A DNA stretch of 63,773 nt, the filler included, from Welwitschia mirabilis (lineage: Eukaryota): assembly GCA_051453625.1 (NCBI GenBank). It is 6 parts of one record of this genome, joined end to end, with 100 filler letters (N's around TTAATTAATTAA, not from the genome) between each part and the next. Parts side by side here need not be neighbours in the genome. Positions count along the whole stretch, not along the records: positions 1 to 19,596 come from JBOZIK010000001.1; 5 more parts are not named here. One strand, 5' to 3'. The notes under the pieces were generated by a model. That model did no database searches and had not been told where the DNA came from. It was given only the letters and a program-made list of their open reading frames with translations. Shown piece by piece: positions 1-10,966 of this stretch. The position numbers and the translations under genes are program-made. Each line of letters opens with the position of its first letter. The first letter of the stretch is position 1.

Positions 1-700
1 GAAAGAGAGCATTTCATGTAGGAGCTGGAGTTGCAATAGATTTATTCACAAAAAGTTTGATGCTTTCAGAAATTCTCTTGGTATTGTTGATCGTAAGCTT
101 GCACTAAGGGGGAGTGTTAAAAATTACTACAACTTACTAGAGTTATCTTTGTAATTTTTATTAAGTAGTTCAGTTCCTAGTTTCGTGGGTAGACTAAGTC
201 TTGATTAGATAGGATTTCTGTTAGTAGGAAGTTTGTTAGCAGCAATTTACATAAGGCTTGTTCATGTGTTGTTTTTCTATCTTTTAGTGGTGAGTGGGTT
301 GTTCTTATCTTTTTATTAGTGGTTAATATGGGTTAAGTTAGTGGAGTTAGTGGGTTAATTACTAAAAAGAAAGAGAACTATTAGTGGAGTTAGTAGGTCA
401 ATTACTAAAAAGAAGGAGAACCGTTATTGGGTTTATCCCTCTGTATGCCTATATAAGGCTATCTAGTTGCATCAAATAACTATGACTCCCTTTAGAGCAT
501 CTATTTTATTTAAAATAAATATGACTCCTTTTAGAGCATCATATGACTTCCTTTGGAGCATTCGTTTTATTTAAAATAAACATGACTACCTTTGGGGCAT
601 CTGTTTTGTGTTGCTTTTGTTTTTTATGAGATATCTTCTACAGAATACACTTAATCTTCTAAATTTATATTTAGTGTTTTTCTCTCTTAATTTTTTAACA
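1..700 (+). mobile_element. 3' end of a Ty1/Copia element: RNase H tail, PPT and complete 3' LTR (115-700)
   Basis: DLFTKSL/FRNSLGI remnant at about 40-90. PPT AAGGGGGAG at 106-114. LTR has inverted termini TGTTAAAAA...TTTTTAACA and a TATA-like CCTATATAAGG at about 448. Confidence 0.85.
338..601. repeat. Direct repeats inside the Copia LTR
   Basis: Two copies of about 43 bp (TTAGTGGAGTTAGT..AATTACTAAAAAGAA, 338-421) and four copies of ATGACT(C/T/A)C(C/T)TT..G(A/G)GCAT (481-601). Confidence 0.8.
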
Positions 701-1599
701 ATCTACTCTTTGAAATTAATGTGAGAGTTTCGGATGCTTTCACCTGCTTCGGTAATGACATTGTACAAAAATGTTTTTGGTGAAGCAAACAAAGATAATT
801 CAACTTTCGCCAATGATTTTTCGCTCCTCCACCTAAATATCTATCGTCTGGTTTTTAAGTGTCATATCGATTGCATACTACAATCTCCACTAAAGCTGAG
901 AAAGTCCTTTGTAGGAGGGTCGAGCTTCATAGTTAAGGATAACATGCAGATCTAGGAAAGTAGATTGCTCTAGACTTCTTAGTATGAATTCTCGCATTCT
1001 TTTTAGAAGTTCGGATTGGGAAGTTGTGGAAATTTGATGCAGTAATATTCTATGCTATTGATTATGTGGTGGACCATGTATGATTGCCTTACCTTGATCC
1101 AATGTTAACTTAATGTTAATCGATGTTCGTATCCATGTCCACAAGTAATACTGTTGATATTTATCACTTAGCCAAATGTTATATTTAAGCTAGTGGTCAC
1201 AAACCACTAATAGAAGTAATAAAATATCATAAGAATGTATTCAATGTAAGTTTTCGTATTTTATCTTATAGAAATAAACAAAATTATATATTATGTAAAT
1301 TCGTTTATATCAAAAAATTATAAAGTACTTTTTTATATTTTACTTCAACATGATAACATAAAGAGATACTTCTCAACCAAAAATTATATACAGTATAAAT
1401 CTAAGGTAGTAGTCATGTACTAACCCAAGATGTTATAAATATTTTCTGGAATTATTTATAAATCATGTATTGAGATAAAGGATTACTATGGAAGTAACGA
1501 ATAATAATATACCTATTTAACATTGAGAAAATAATTATTTTTCATTACACTAGATTGAAAAGTACATCATAAAAGAAATGGTTAGTTATGAGAGACAAT

Positions 1600-2884
1600 T
1601 ATCTCTAAACTTCTAAGCTTGCAAGACATTGCTTCTCTTGAATTCACTTCTCCAAGTTAGAACCCTTTATTAATGTTTTGTATCTTATTTGGAGAAGGGA
1701 CATAATATCTTCAATGATTCAATGGACTTTACTTAAGACAAAGCCACAAAAATCATTCCTGACATTTCCCTTGGACCACTGTGATTATATACTTAGCAGA
1801 AGGTTATCCCTTGAGATTTATGAATAGTTAAAGCTTAAGCAAGTTTAAGAGGTAGTTGTCATAACCAACCTCTAGAGAAGGGGTTAATGGGAACTGTTTT
1901 TGGTCTTGTGTTGTTGAAAGAAGATCTAGTGTATGTATCAAATTCAACAATGGTATAGAATGGAAGTTTTAGCAAATTCTTTCCAAGGTAATAAACCATG
2001 CGCTTCACAACACCCATTGGGTCATTTACTAACCCAATTTTAGGCCCTATGTTCATTGTGAATATTACTATGACACCTTCACATAGAAGATGTTCTAAAT
2101 CTAATTCATCCTTAGCATCACCATATATAAATGGATCTCAAGCCCTGTCAACTATAAATCATTCAATGGGTGATTGCATTTGGAGCAAATAATTTTTATC
2201 CTGAGAGTCAATCATATCATTTAATGGGTCATGTGAAGACAAAATTGGGAAGGTGAAGCCTTGTGTTATGCTTCTCAACTCCCAAACAAATTATCAATTA
2301 AGGATTGGCGTCTTGGCCAAAAAATAGACTATGTCAATCAAACAACAGTGTTTTTAATGGAATTACAAAAAAAAAAAAAAAAAAAAAAAAAAGGTGGGGC
2401 GAACAATCAAAGCACAGCTACTGGAACAAGAAATTTACTTTATGTATTTAAAATGTTTTATTTCTTTTTATAAATTTATAAATTTATTTTAGTTTAAAAA
2501 TTTTATTATAACTTTATATAACTAATAAATGGGGGACATGCCTTAAATTTTATTGAGAGGAGTCACTCTTCACATTTTAAGAGATCGTTCCTTGTGATAT
2601 TTGATAAAATACCCAAATACTTAGAACAAGCGTTGACACTAAAGTAGAAAAGAGCTCATAAACATTGAGGCCTTGAAGACGTAACTTCCATATCTCAAAT
2701 AGTGATAAAATCTATTCCAACAATAATAAATTCCTTCCTTGCTACATCCTAAAGAGTTTTAATTTTTCCAAACTTGAGGAGAGAGAAAACCTAACGAATA
2801 TCTAGGTTAATCATAAACATTTTTGAATCCACTTCCTACCAAAGGAGCTAGGTTTGTTAATGCTAATAGGTATGAGAGAAGGAT
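1600..2884 (-). pseudogene. Decayed Pif1-family (SF1B) helicase, Helitron2/Helentron-like transposon remnant
   Basis: In-frame minus-strand translation LLCEGVIVIFTMNIGPKIGLVNDPMGVVKRMVYY...LPFYTIVEFDTY...KTVPINPFSRGWL*QLPLKLA*ALTIHKSQGITFC*VYNHSGPREMSGMIFVALS*VKSIESL, with TIHKSQG at 1808-1828. Weaker upstream matches (GLNVYELFSTLV, IIVGIDF) at about 2590-2740. Confidence 0.8.
2346..2590. mobile_element. Short AT-rich insertion (possible hAT-type MITE) interrupting the helicase remnant; contains a long poly(A) run
   Basis: Starts with hAT-like CAGTGTTTTTAA where helicase similarity stops; right terminus unclear. Confidence 0.3.
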
Positions 2885-3669
2885 TGATGTAGATCTAGTG
2901 CAACAAAACCCTAAAAACCCTTTTGGGATTGTGTTTTCAAAGAGCAAATAAATATGCAAGAAAAAGAGTATTGAATATAATGAAGGAATCATTTTATATT
3001 ATTGAAACAACAATTATAACAGTTACAACTGGTATCAAATCAACGAATCTTCCTCGAGCTCTTTTCTCAATAGGGGCCATCAAGGCCTTACTAAGGCTTT
3101 ACCACTCTAATGCTTGGTATCCTTTAAAAAAAGAGAATACAAGTAAGCTAATGATCTTTGCAGGAACTATCTCCCCAAGTACCTCAATAAGAGCTCCTCT
3201 TAAGCTCCAACTCCAAGATCTCTCACTTCTCCCTTCTTCAAGTTCTCCATCAAGACTTTCTCTAAGTCATGCTCCAAAGCATACGCTTCTAGCATTCACC
3301 ACGACATTGCTCAAGCATGCCCTTCATCTCCTCACACCCTCTTATTTATAGGGCTCCAAGAGGAATCCTGATCAATAAAGAATCCTCCTAATCTTAGCCT
3401 CTTACACAACTCACTAAAAATAGCTTCTAAAGATAACACATTCCTTACATATGGATTCTTTCTAAACGTGATGTATTCCTTACATGTTATATTTCACTTA
3501 CCAAGATTCCTTCTACGCTACTACACATGATGCTTACATGACCATTACATATGATGCCTTCATGGCAAATACACATGGCAAATATTATTTTCCACACAAA
3601 CCTTAACAAACAAATCCCTAACTAAAGCACACTCATTATTTTTATTCTTCTAAGGATGCTCTTGCATCA
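2885..3669 (-). repeat. 3' LTR of the CRM element (785 bp)
   Basis: TGATG..CATCA termini; adjacent to the PPT; aligns with 9387-10966. Confidence 0.9.
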
Positions 3670-3699
3670 TCCTCCCCTGCTTAAAGTGTGCTATCAAGG

Positions 3700-6600
3700 A
3701 AAGGGGTTTCTCTGTTACTGGATGTCTGTAGCCCATTATCAAGTAATTCTACTCTGAGATCTAAATTACATCAACTGGGTGATCTCCTGGTAATTGAACT
3801 AGGTATTCTGTAGACAACTTCCTCCATGTCTTCTTCTCATAGCTTTCGAGAACCATTTGTCTCATGTCTGTCCTTTGCTTCCCTTTGTTTAACTTCTATC
3901 GCTCTGTGATCCAAACTTCATCCTCCGCAGGATTTCCATTGTACTTTACTGAGCTATAACATTGAACGTAGGTGAAATACCCCCATTCTCTAAAAGATCC
4001 AATTGGTACACATTGGATGAAATCTACTTCATAATTCTACATGAACCAATCTTTTGGAACTTGAGCTTGTTATATGTTTCGCAAGTATGCCATCACTAAT
4101 CAGTCTACTCAAACTCCATATGTCTTCTGTGCTTGTCTGCTACATTCTTAGCCTTGGAGTTTGATGCTTCCAAAGCTTGCCACACATACTCATGTGAATT
4201 TTGCAATTTTCTTTACATAGTCTTTTACCGTAGCTAAAGGTTCTGGCATATCATGCAACATATCGGGCATTTTCAGTTGCTATCCATATACCACTTCAAA
4301 TGGCGAGTTTCCAGTACTCTTGTTTATTAACTTACTGTAACAAAACTCTGCATGCGATAAATAATCTTTTCACATGTTGGGATTACCTTTACAAAGGCAT
4401 CTTAACAAGCTCTCAATGCTACCATTCATCACTTCTATCTATCCATCTATTTGTGGATGATATGCTAAAGAATACTATAACTTAATATCCATCATGTACC
4501 ACAAGCTTCTCCAAAAATGAGAGATAAATTTTACATCCCTATCTGAAACTATTGTCTTCAACAACCTATGGAGGCGCAGATCTCTTTGAATAATAACATA
4601 GCCATGCATGAAGTATCACTTGCCTTGACATAAGGGACAAAATGTGCCATCTTGCTAAATCTGTCCATGACCATTATAATGGAATCATGTCCACTCTTGG
4701 AATGAGGTAATCCCAAGATGAAATTATCACTCAAATGTTGCCATGGTTTTACTGGAGCTGCTAATGCCAAATACAATCTGGCATTTGTCAATCCTTCATT
4801 TGCTCTTTAACATGTAGAGAAACTTCACACCATCTGTTGTACATCCCTCTACACATAGGCCAATGGTATTACCTCTTCATCAATTCATAGGTTTTATCCA
4901 ACCCATGATGTCCAACCATGTCTCCATAATGCTTCTCTCACAAGATGTTCTCCCTTGTTGATCCTCTAAGAATACTCAACCTATTATCCTTGTAGAGTAA
5001 GCTATCTCATATTTGAAAATCCTTGCAATCATATCCTTCTAAAGGATTCTTCGCTTTCTCCCATACCTTCTTAAAGTCTCAATCACAATGATACAACTCT
5101 GAATATGTGATACATTAACTTTGCAAGACTTACCATGTATACTACTCAACTCAAAGCACTTGCAACTTTGTTCATTTCCCCACTTTTGTGCTTGATCAAA
5201 AAGTTAGCTTTTCTGTCCACTCCACGTGCCTTGAACTTAACTTGTCTTAACTAGTGGTCTATTACAATGCCTTGTGATCTGTGAACAAAATAATCTCCTT
5301 CTATAGCAAGTGATGTCTTCACCTATTTAATGTTGGCTTCATTTAGCTTCTTACTAAAGAAGGCAATGGGTTTCCCTTCTTGGTTGTGAACTTCTCCAAT
5401 TGCTTTAACACTCACATGCTCTAGAGGGAGGATGAATAGAGTATTAAAAAATTTAATTGCAAATAATGTTAAGATACTTCTTGATTAAAAATCAATACTA
5501 AAACTTTAAAAGAAAGAAGTGCAAAAGAAGGAGACACAAGAATTTATAGTGGTTTGGCAATCTGCCTACTCCACTCTCAAGGGGCAGTAACTGCTATCAG
5601 CCTTTTGGTTTTATTAGTTCAATAGATCTACACAACCTCCTCCTCCTTCTTCTTCACATCTAAAAAAAGACAGGATAATACAACATAGCTCAGCTGGTGA
5701 ATAATCAGAGTGGAAGCATTTGAGAAAGAGAAGATCTGATATNNNNNNNNNNNNNNNNNNNNNNNNNNNNNNNNNNNNNNNNNNNNNNNNNNNNNNNNNN
5801 NNNNNNNNNNNNNNNNNNNNNNNNNNNNNNNNNNNNNNNNNNAGAAAGAGAAGATCTGATATATAGGTGTCTTAACAATGAACAGTACATCAGCAATGAG
5901 GAGTATACAAAGAGTATGATAGCCAAGTTTGCTCAAAGTGATTCTCTTTGAACACAAGATGATACAATGTTAGTAAAGTAGTATAAGATCTGATCAAGAG
6001 TCTTTTATTTAAACTTTTTCTTAAATATAGCTATTGTAGTTTATTTTAAAAGAAGGGATCCATTGGAAAAGACATTGCAAACCAATAAAGATCTGTTTTT
6101 CGCATTGGAAAAATGTGTTGGGTAGTTATACAGATTTGAAGTTCCACTCTAATGTTCATCTAGTCAAACATCCCACATAAGACCAGATGTCCCACGATCT
6201 TANNNNNNNNNNNNNNNNNNNNNNNNNNNNNNNNNNNNNNNNNNNNNNNNNNNNNNNNNNNNNNNNNNNNNNNNNNNNNNNNNNNNNNNNNNNNNNNNNN
6301 NNTCTAGTCAAACAGCCCACAGAAGACCAGAGGTCCCACGATCTTAGCGTAGGAACTACTCGGACATCCCCTCCTAAAAGTCGGATGTCCCAACTTTTTA
6401 ACTTGAGAATCACTTGGACGTCCCAAACAAAAACTTAGATGTCCCACTTTTAACTTTAAAAAATCATATATTTGTTCACCAGACATCCCAGACTAATCTG
6501 CCAAACATTCCACCTTGAAGACTATATTTTGCTTCTATCCATGGGCTATCTCGGACATCTGAGTGGGAATGGTCAGACGTCCCAACATAAATTGGTTCTT

Positions 6601-9330
6601 GAATTTAGCATTTTGTGCCCATGACATTTCTTTATTTGATTTGGTGTTCATCACTGAAACTCGCTTTCCTCTAATGTCTTCGCAACATAATGTAGGACCT
6701 TCAATAATGCTCCTTTTGAACTACATAAATGCTTCATCTACTTCCTTGGTCCACTTGAAGGCTCGATCCTTCTTGATGGTAGCTAACATTGATGCTCAAA
6801 TCTTGCTAAGATTCTTGATAATTTCCTTTAAAAGCTTGTCAATCCATGCAAACTATGAACATCCCTTGTTGATGTTGGTGCAAGCCAATAAAAAATAGCC
6901 TTTTACATTACCTGAGTCCATCTTGAGCCCATCTTTGGAGACAACTATCCCAAGAAACACTAACTCTGGTTGGGCAAAGGCACAATTCGTTACATTTACC
7001 ATTACTATTCTTCCTTTAACCTTAAAAGACCTCTTCTTAAATCTTCTCTATGCTCCTCAATATTCTTGCTAAATGCCAAAAAATAATCTAGAAAGACAAT
7101 AATAAACTTTCCAAGGAAAGGCTTCAATACCTTTATCATTAATCTCATGCTTGGAGTGTTTATCAATCCGAACAACACCACCAACCATTCTTACAACCCA
7201 TTTGGGTTCTTAAAGACTGTCTTCTACTCATCTCCTTCTTAGATACGGATTTGATGGTACTCACTCTTTAAATCTATCTTGTTGAAAACAGATAGTACTG
7301 TCAAACAATCTAAAATATCATCCATGCGATGCATAGAAGTTAATACTTGATGGTTATCTTATTGATGGCTCTTGAATCAATATACATGCACAACTTCTTA
7401 CTGTCCTTCTTTGTAGTTAACACTCCTAGAATAGAACATAGCGCCAAAATTTCCTTGATCAGTTCTTTCTCTAAGAACTGTTGTACATGTCTACTTATCT
7501 CCTCTCTTCAATGCAGTGCCATTCTATATAATGCTTTATTTGGAAGTGAAGCACTAGGCATTAGATCTATCTAATGATTTATGATCCTAACCGGTGGTAA
7601 ACTGAAAGGCAAATCATTAAGAAAACTCTCTTTAAAGGAAGTCAATACATCTTTTACCTAAATTTGATATTTCTTCAACTGTTGTTCTAAGCATACCTGT
7701 AATACCACTGCCATGTCATAGCCTTCTTCTTTTATTTCATCTATTACCTCTTTAATTTCTAAGAAGCATACATTTGCTTTATGCTCTAAAGTCTCCTCTA
7801 GATTAGATTACAACTTAAATCTCTTCCTATTTTTATCAGTTATGGTGCAAGTATTAATCTCTCCATTATGCATGCACTCAGTATTATATTGCCATGGTCC
7901 ACCTAATAATAAATAACAAGCATCTATAGTAATAACATCGCAATGAAGTTAATCATAAAAGTTACCAATTTTAAAGTTGACTAGTCCTTGTTGTGTAATT
8001 GTTACATGGCTTCCCTTCAGCAACCAAGAGAGTCGATATGGTACCAGATGCAACATGGTCTCAGTTAAACTTTTCACCATCTCAATAGAAGCCAAGTTAT
8101 CAATGCTTCCATTGTCAACTATAACCTTGCATACCTTGTCTTTACGCTTACATCTAGTTTTGAAAAGTTGTCTCCATTGTGCTAGCTCTTTAATAAGCTC
8201 TGCGGCTTACACAAGAGTTCTTCTAAGAATCATATTTTCTCCTTTCTCACTAGCAACCTATTCCAATTCCTTCTTTTCAGATTCTCCACTTGTCTTCCCA
8301 TCCTCATAGATGGCATTAATATGTGTAGCCTCCTTGCTGAATGGACATTCATAAGACTTATATCCTTGCTTATGACATTTATAGCAAACAGTCAAAAAAT
8401 CACATCCTCTACCTCTTCCTTGAGTGGTACTTCCATGGCCTCTAGTGTCTTCTTTTCCTTTCTTCTGGAATTCTTGGTTTGTCCTTCTTGTTGTGGACAA
8501 CCTCTTCTTTGTGGTTCCTTTCTTTTGAATCTTCCTCTATTTGAATTGTTCCTTTGCTGCAACTTCTCTTCTGCTCACAACACCAACTGATACACTTCCT
8601 CTATTGTTCAAGGAGTAACAATGCCAATTTCATCTTGAACAACAAGTCTTAAACCCATAACATATTTGGTTACCTCCTTTATGTCAACCTTAAAATGTCT
8701 GGCTTGAATGACAAGTGCATGGAACCCCTCCACATACTCTGTCAGAGACTTTTCTCCTTGCTGAAGTGTCTGCACCTTCCTTACTATCTCTGTCCTACAT
8801 GATAAGGGCATGAACGTTTCCTGGAACCTCTCCTTCATGTAGCTCCAAGAAGTTGGAAGACCTTGATGTCGACGGCTCTTTCAAACATGCTCCACCATCT
8901 AGCTACAATTCCTCACAAGTGAGTTGAAGAGATATTTACCTTCTTTTTTGCATCTATGCTTTCCATCTCGAAGTACTACTCCATGCCTTGGATCTAATCC
9001 CGAAGCTTGTCTACTTTCAAACTTCCTTCAAATGGTGTTACACTCACTGGGTCCTTTTGTCCTAGCTTCATTAGGGCTTTCATAAAGAGAGCCTTCTCTT
9101 CATCTTTACTTTGAGCTTCATACATAACATCCTTCCTTGGTGGCTTCTCCATCACAAGTATTCTTCTTCATGCTCCAACTTTAAACTTAGTTCCAAAGGT
9201 TTTGGTACATAACCTATACTCATCTTCTTTACCATCTCTTGTGTTATATGCAGGATATCTTCTATCATCATGTCTTGCCTTGTAAGATAGTTTTGTAGGC
9301 AAAAAACTATTGTCTTCTTTGGCGGCATCC
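3700..9330 (-). pseudogene. Fragmented gag-pol polyprotein of the CRM element, with C-terminal chromodomain remnant
   Basis: ORF pieces 8608..8838 (Gag), 8258..8500 (CX2CX4-X4C knuckle) and 4558..4791 (integrase); many stops and frameshifts; chromodomain-like TEYLVQLPGDHPVDVI*ISE at about 3750-3860. Confidence 0.85.
5418..6687 (-). mobile_element. Sirevirus-type solo LTR nested in the CRM RT/RNase H region
   Basis: Minus strand starts TGTTG and ends near ATTCATCCTCCCTCTAGAG, resembling the Sirevirus ATTCACCCCCCTCT end motif. Rich in GGAC(A/G)TCC motifs. Host RNase H coding resumes on both sides. No TSD. Confidence 0.65.
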
Positions 9331-9386
9331 CAAAATCAAATTCAACACTACGTCCACATAAAACCACAACTCGCTTTGACACCACA

Positions 9387-10966
9387 TGATGCAAAGCAAG
9401 CGCAACGAAACCCCAAAACAACTTTTGGGATTCTGTTTCTAAAGAGGAACAAAAATACAAGAAAAAGAGTTATGAATATAATAAAGGAATAAATTTATAT
9501 TATTGAAACAACAATTATAAAATTGGTATCAAACCAGCAAAGCTTCCTCGAGCTCTTGTCTCAATAGTGCATCAAACCCTCGCCAAAGCTTTACCACTTT
9601 GATGCTTGATAGCCTTCAAGAGAGAATACAAGCAAGCAGCGATCTTCACTGGGAACTTTATCCTCAAGTCCCTTAACAAGAGGTCCTCTCANNNNNNNNN
9701 NNNNNNNNNNNNNNNNNNNNNNNNNNNNNNNNNNNNNNNNNNNNNNNNNNNNNNNNNNNNNNNNNNNNNNNNNNNNNNNNNNNNNNNNNNNNNNNNNNNN
9801 NNNNNNNNNNNNNNNNNNNNNNNNNNNNNNNNNNNNNNNNNNNNNNNNNNNNNNNNNNNNNNNNNNNNNNNNNNNNNNNNNNNNNNNNNNNNNNNNNNNN
9901 NNNNNNNNNNNNNNNNNNNNNNNNNNNNNNNNNNNNNNNNNNNNNNNNNNNNNNNNNNNNNNNNNNNNNNNNNNNNNNNNNNNNNNNNNNNNNNNNNNNN
10001 NNNNNNNNNNNNNNNNNNNNNNNNNNNNNNNNNNNNNNNNNNNNNNNNNNNNNNNNNNNNNNNNNNNNNNNNNNNNNNNNNNNNNNNNNNNNNNNNNNNN
10101 NNNNNNNNNNNNNNNNNNNNNNNNNNNNNNNNNNNNNNNNNNNNNNNNNNNNNNNNNNNNNNNNNNNNNNNNNNNNNNNNNNNNNNNNNNNNNNNNNNNN
10201 NNNNNNNNNNNNNNNNNNNNNNNNNNNNNNNNNNNNNNNNNNNNNNNNNNNNNNNNNNNNNNNNNNNNNNNNNNNNNNNNNNNNNNNNNNNNNNNNNNNN
10301 NNNNNNNNNNNNNNNNNNNNNNNNNNNNNNNNNNNNNNNNNNNNNNNNNNNNNNNNNNNNNNNNNNNNNNNNNNNNNNNNNNNNNNNNNNNNNNNNNNNN
10401 NNNNNNNNNNNNNNNNNNNNNNNNNNNNNNNNNNNNNNNNNNNNNNNNNNNNNNNNNNNNNNNNNNNNNNNNNNNNNNNNNNNNNNNNNNNNNNNNNNNN
10501 NNNNNNNNNNNNNNNNNNNTCTTCAAGTCCTTCACCAAGGCTTTCTCTAAGTCATTTTTCAAAGCATACTCTTCAAGCATTCACCAAGGCATTCCTCTAA
10601 GCATGCCCTTTAACTCCTCACACCCTCTTATTGATAGGGCTCCAAGAGGAATCCTTATCAACAAAGAATCCTCCTAATCTTAGCCTCCTACACACCTCAC
10701 TAAAAATAGCTTCTAAAGATAACATATTCCTTACGGATGGATTCCCTCTAAACATAACATATTCCTTATACATTTGTCCGTGTCTAAACATAACAAATTT
10801 CATCTACCAAGATTCCTTCTGTGCTACTACACATGGTGCTTACACAACCATTATATATGATGCCTTCATGGCAGTTACACATGGCCGCTATTATTTTCCA
10901 GACAAGCCAAACCCCTGACTAAAGCACACTCATTACTTTTATTCATCTAATGATGTTCCTACATCG
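9387..10966 (-). repeat. 5' LTR of the CRM element (interrupted by N gap 9692-10519)
   Basis: Aligns with 2885-3669 on both sides of the gap; adjacent to the PBS; followed by the TSD. Confidence 0.9.

Larger units (their letters stand above)
2885..10966 (-). mobile_element. Full-length degenerate Ty3/Gypsy chromovirus, CRM clade
   Basis: Two LTRs TGATG...CATC(A/G). 5-bp TSD AGGAT at 2880-2884 and 10967-10971. PBS TGGTGTCAAAGC (9373-9384, tRNA-iMet type) and PPT GCAGGGGAGGA (3670-3680). Gag, Zn knuckle, CRM-type protease (VCKVIVDNGS..CDVITIDACYLLLGGPWQY), RT (IDSRAINKITIKY), RNase H and integrase (VMDRFSKMAHFVP) occur in Gypsy order. Confidence 0.92.

Noticed and set aside
2923-3351. 142-aa plus-strand ORF
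   Set aside because: Lies within the CRM LTR on the antisense strand, is low-complexity, and is not preserved as an ORF in the sister LTR.
5723-6343. Apparent direct repeats flanking 100-N gaps (5743-5842, 6203-6302; also 24881-24980 and 35742-35841)
   Set aside because: The same sequence ends one contig and starts the next, which is typical of overlapping contig ends or haplotype bubbles; cannot be trusted as real tandem repeats.
9591-10580. Long ORFs of about 280-360 aa in the track (also 22739-23825 and 54377-55346)
   Set aside because: They are almost entirely X residues from N gaps.
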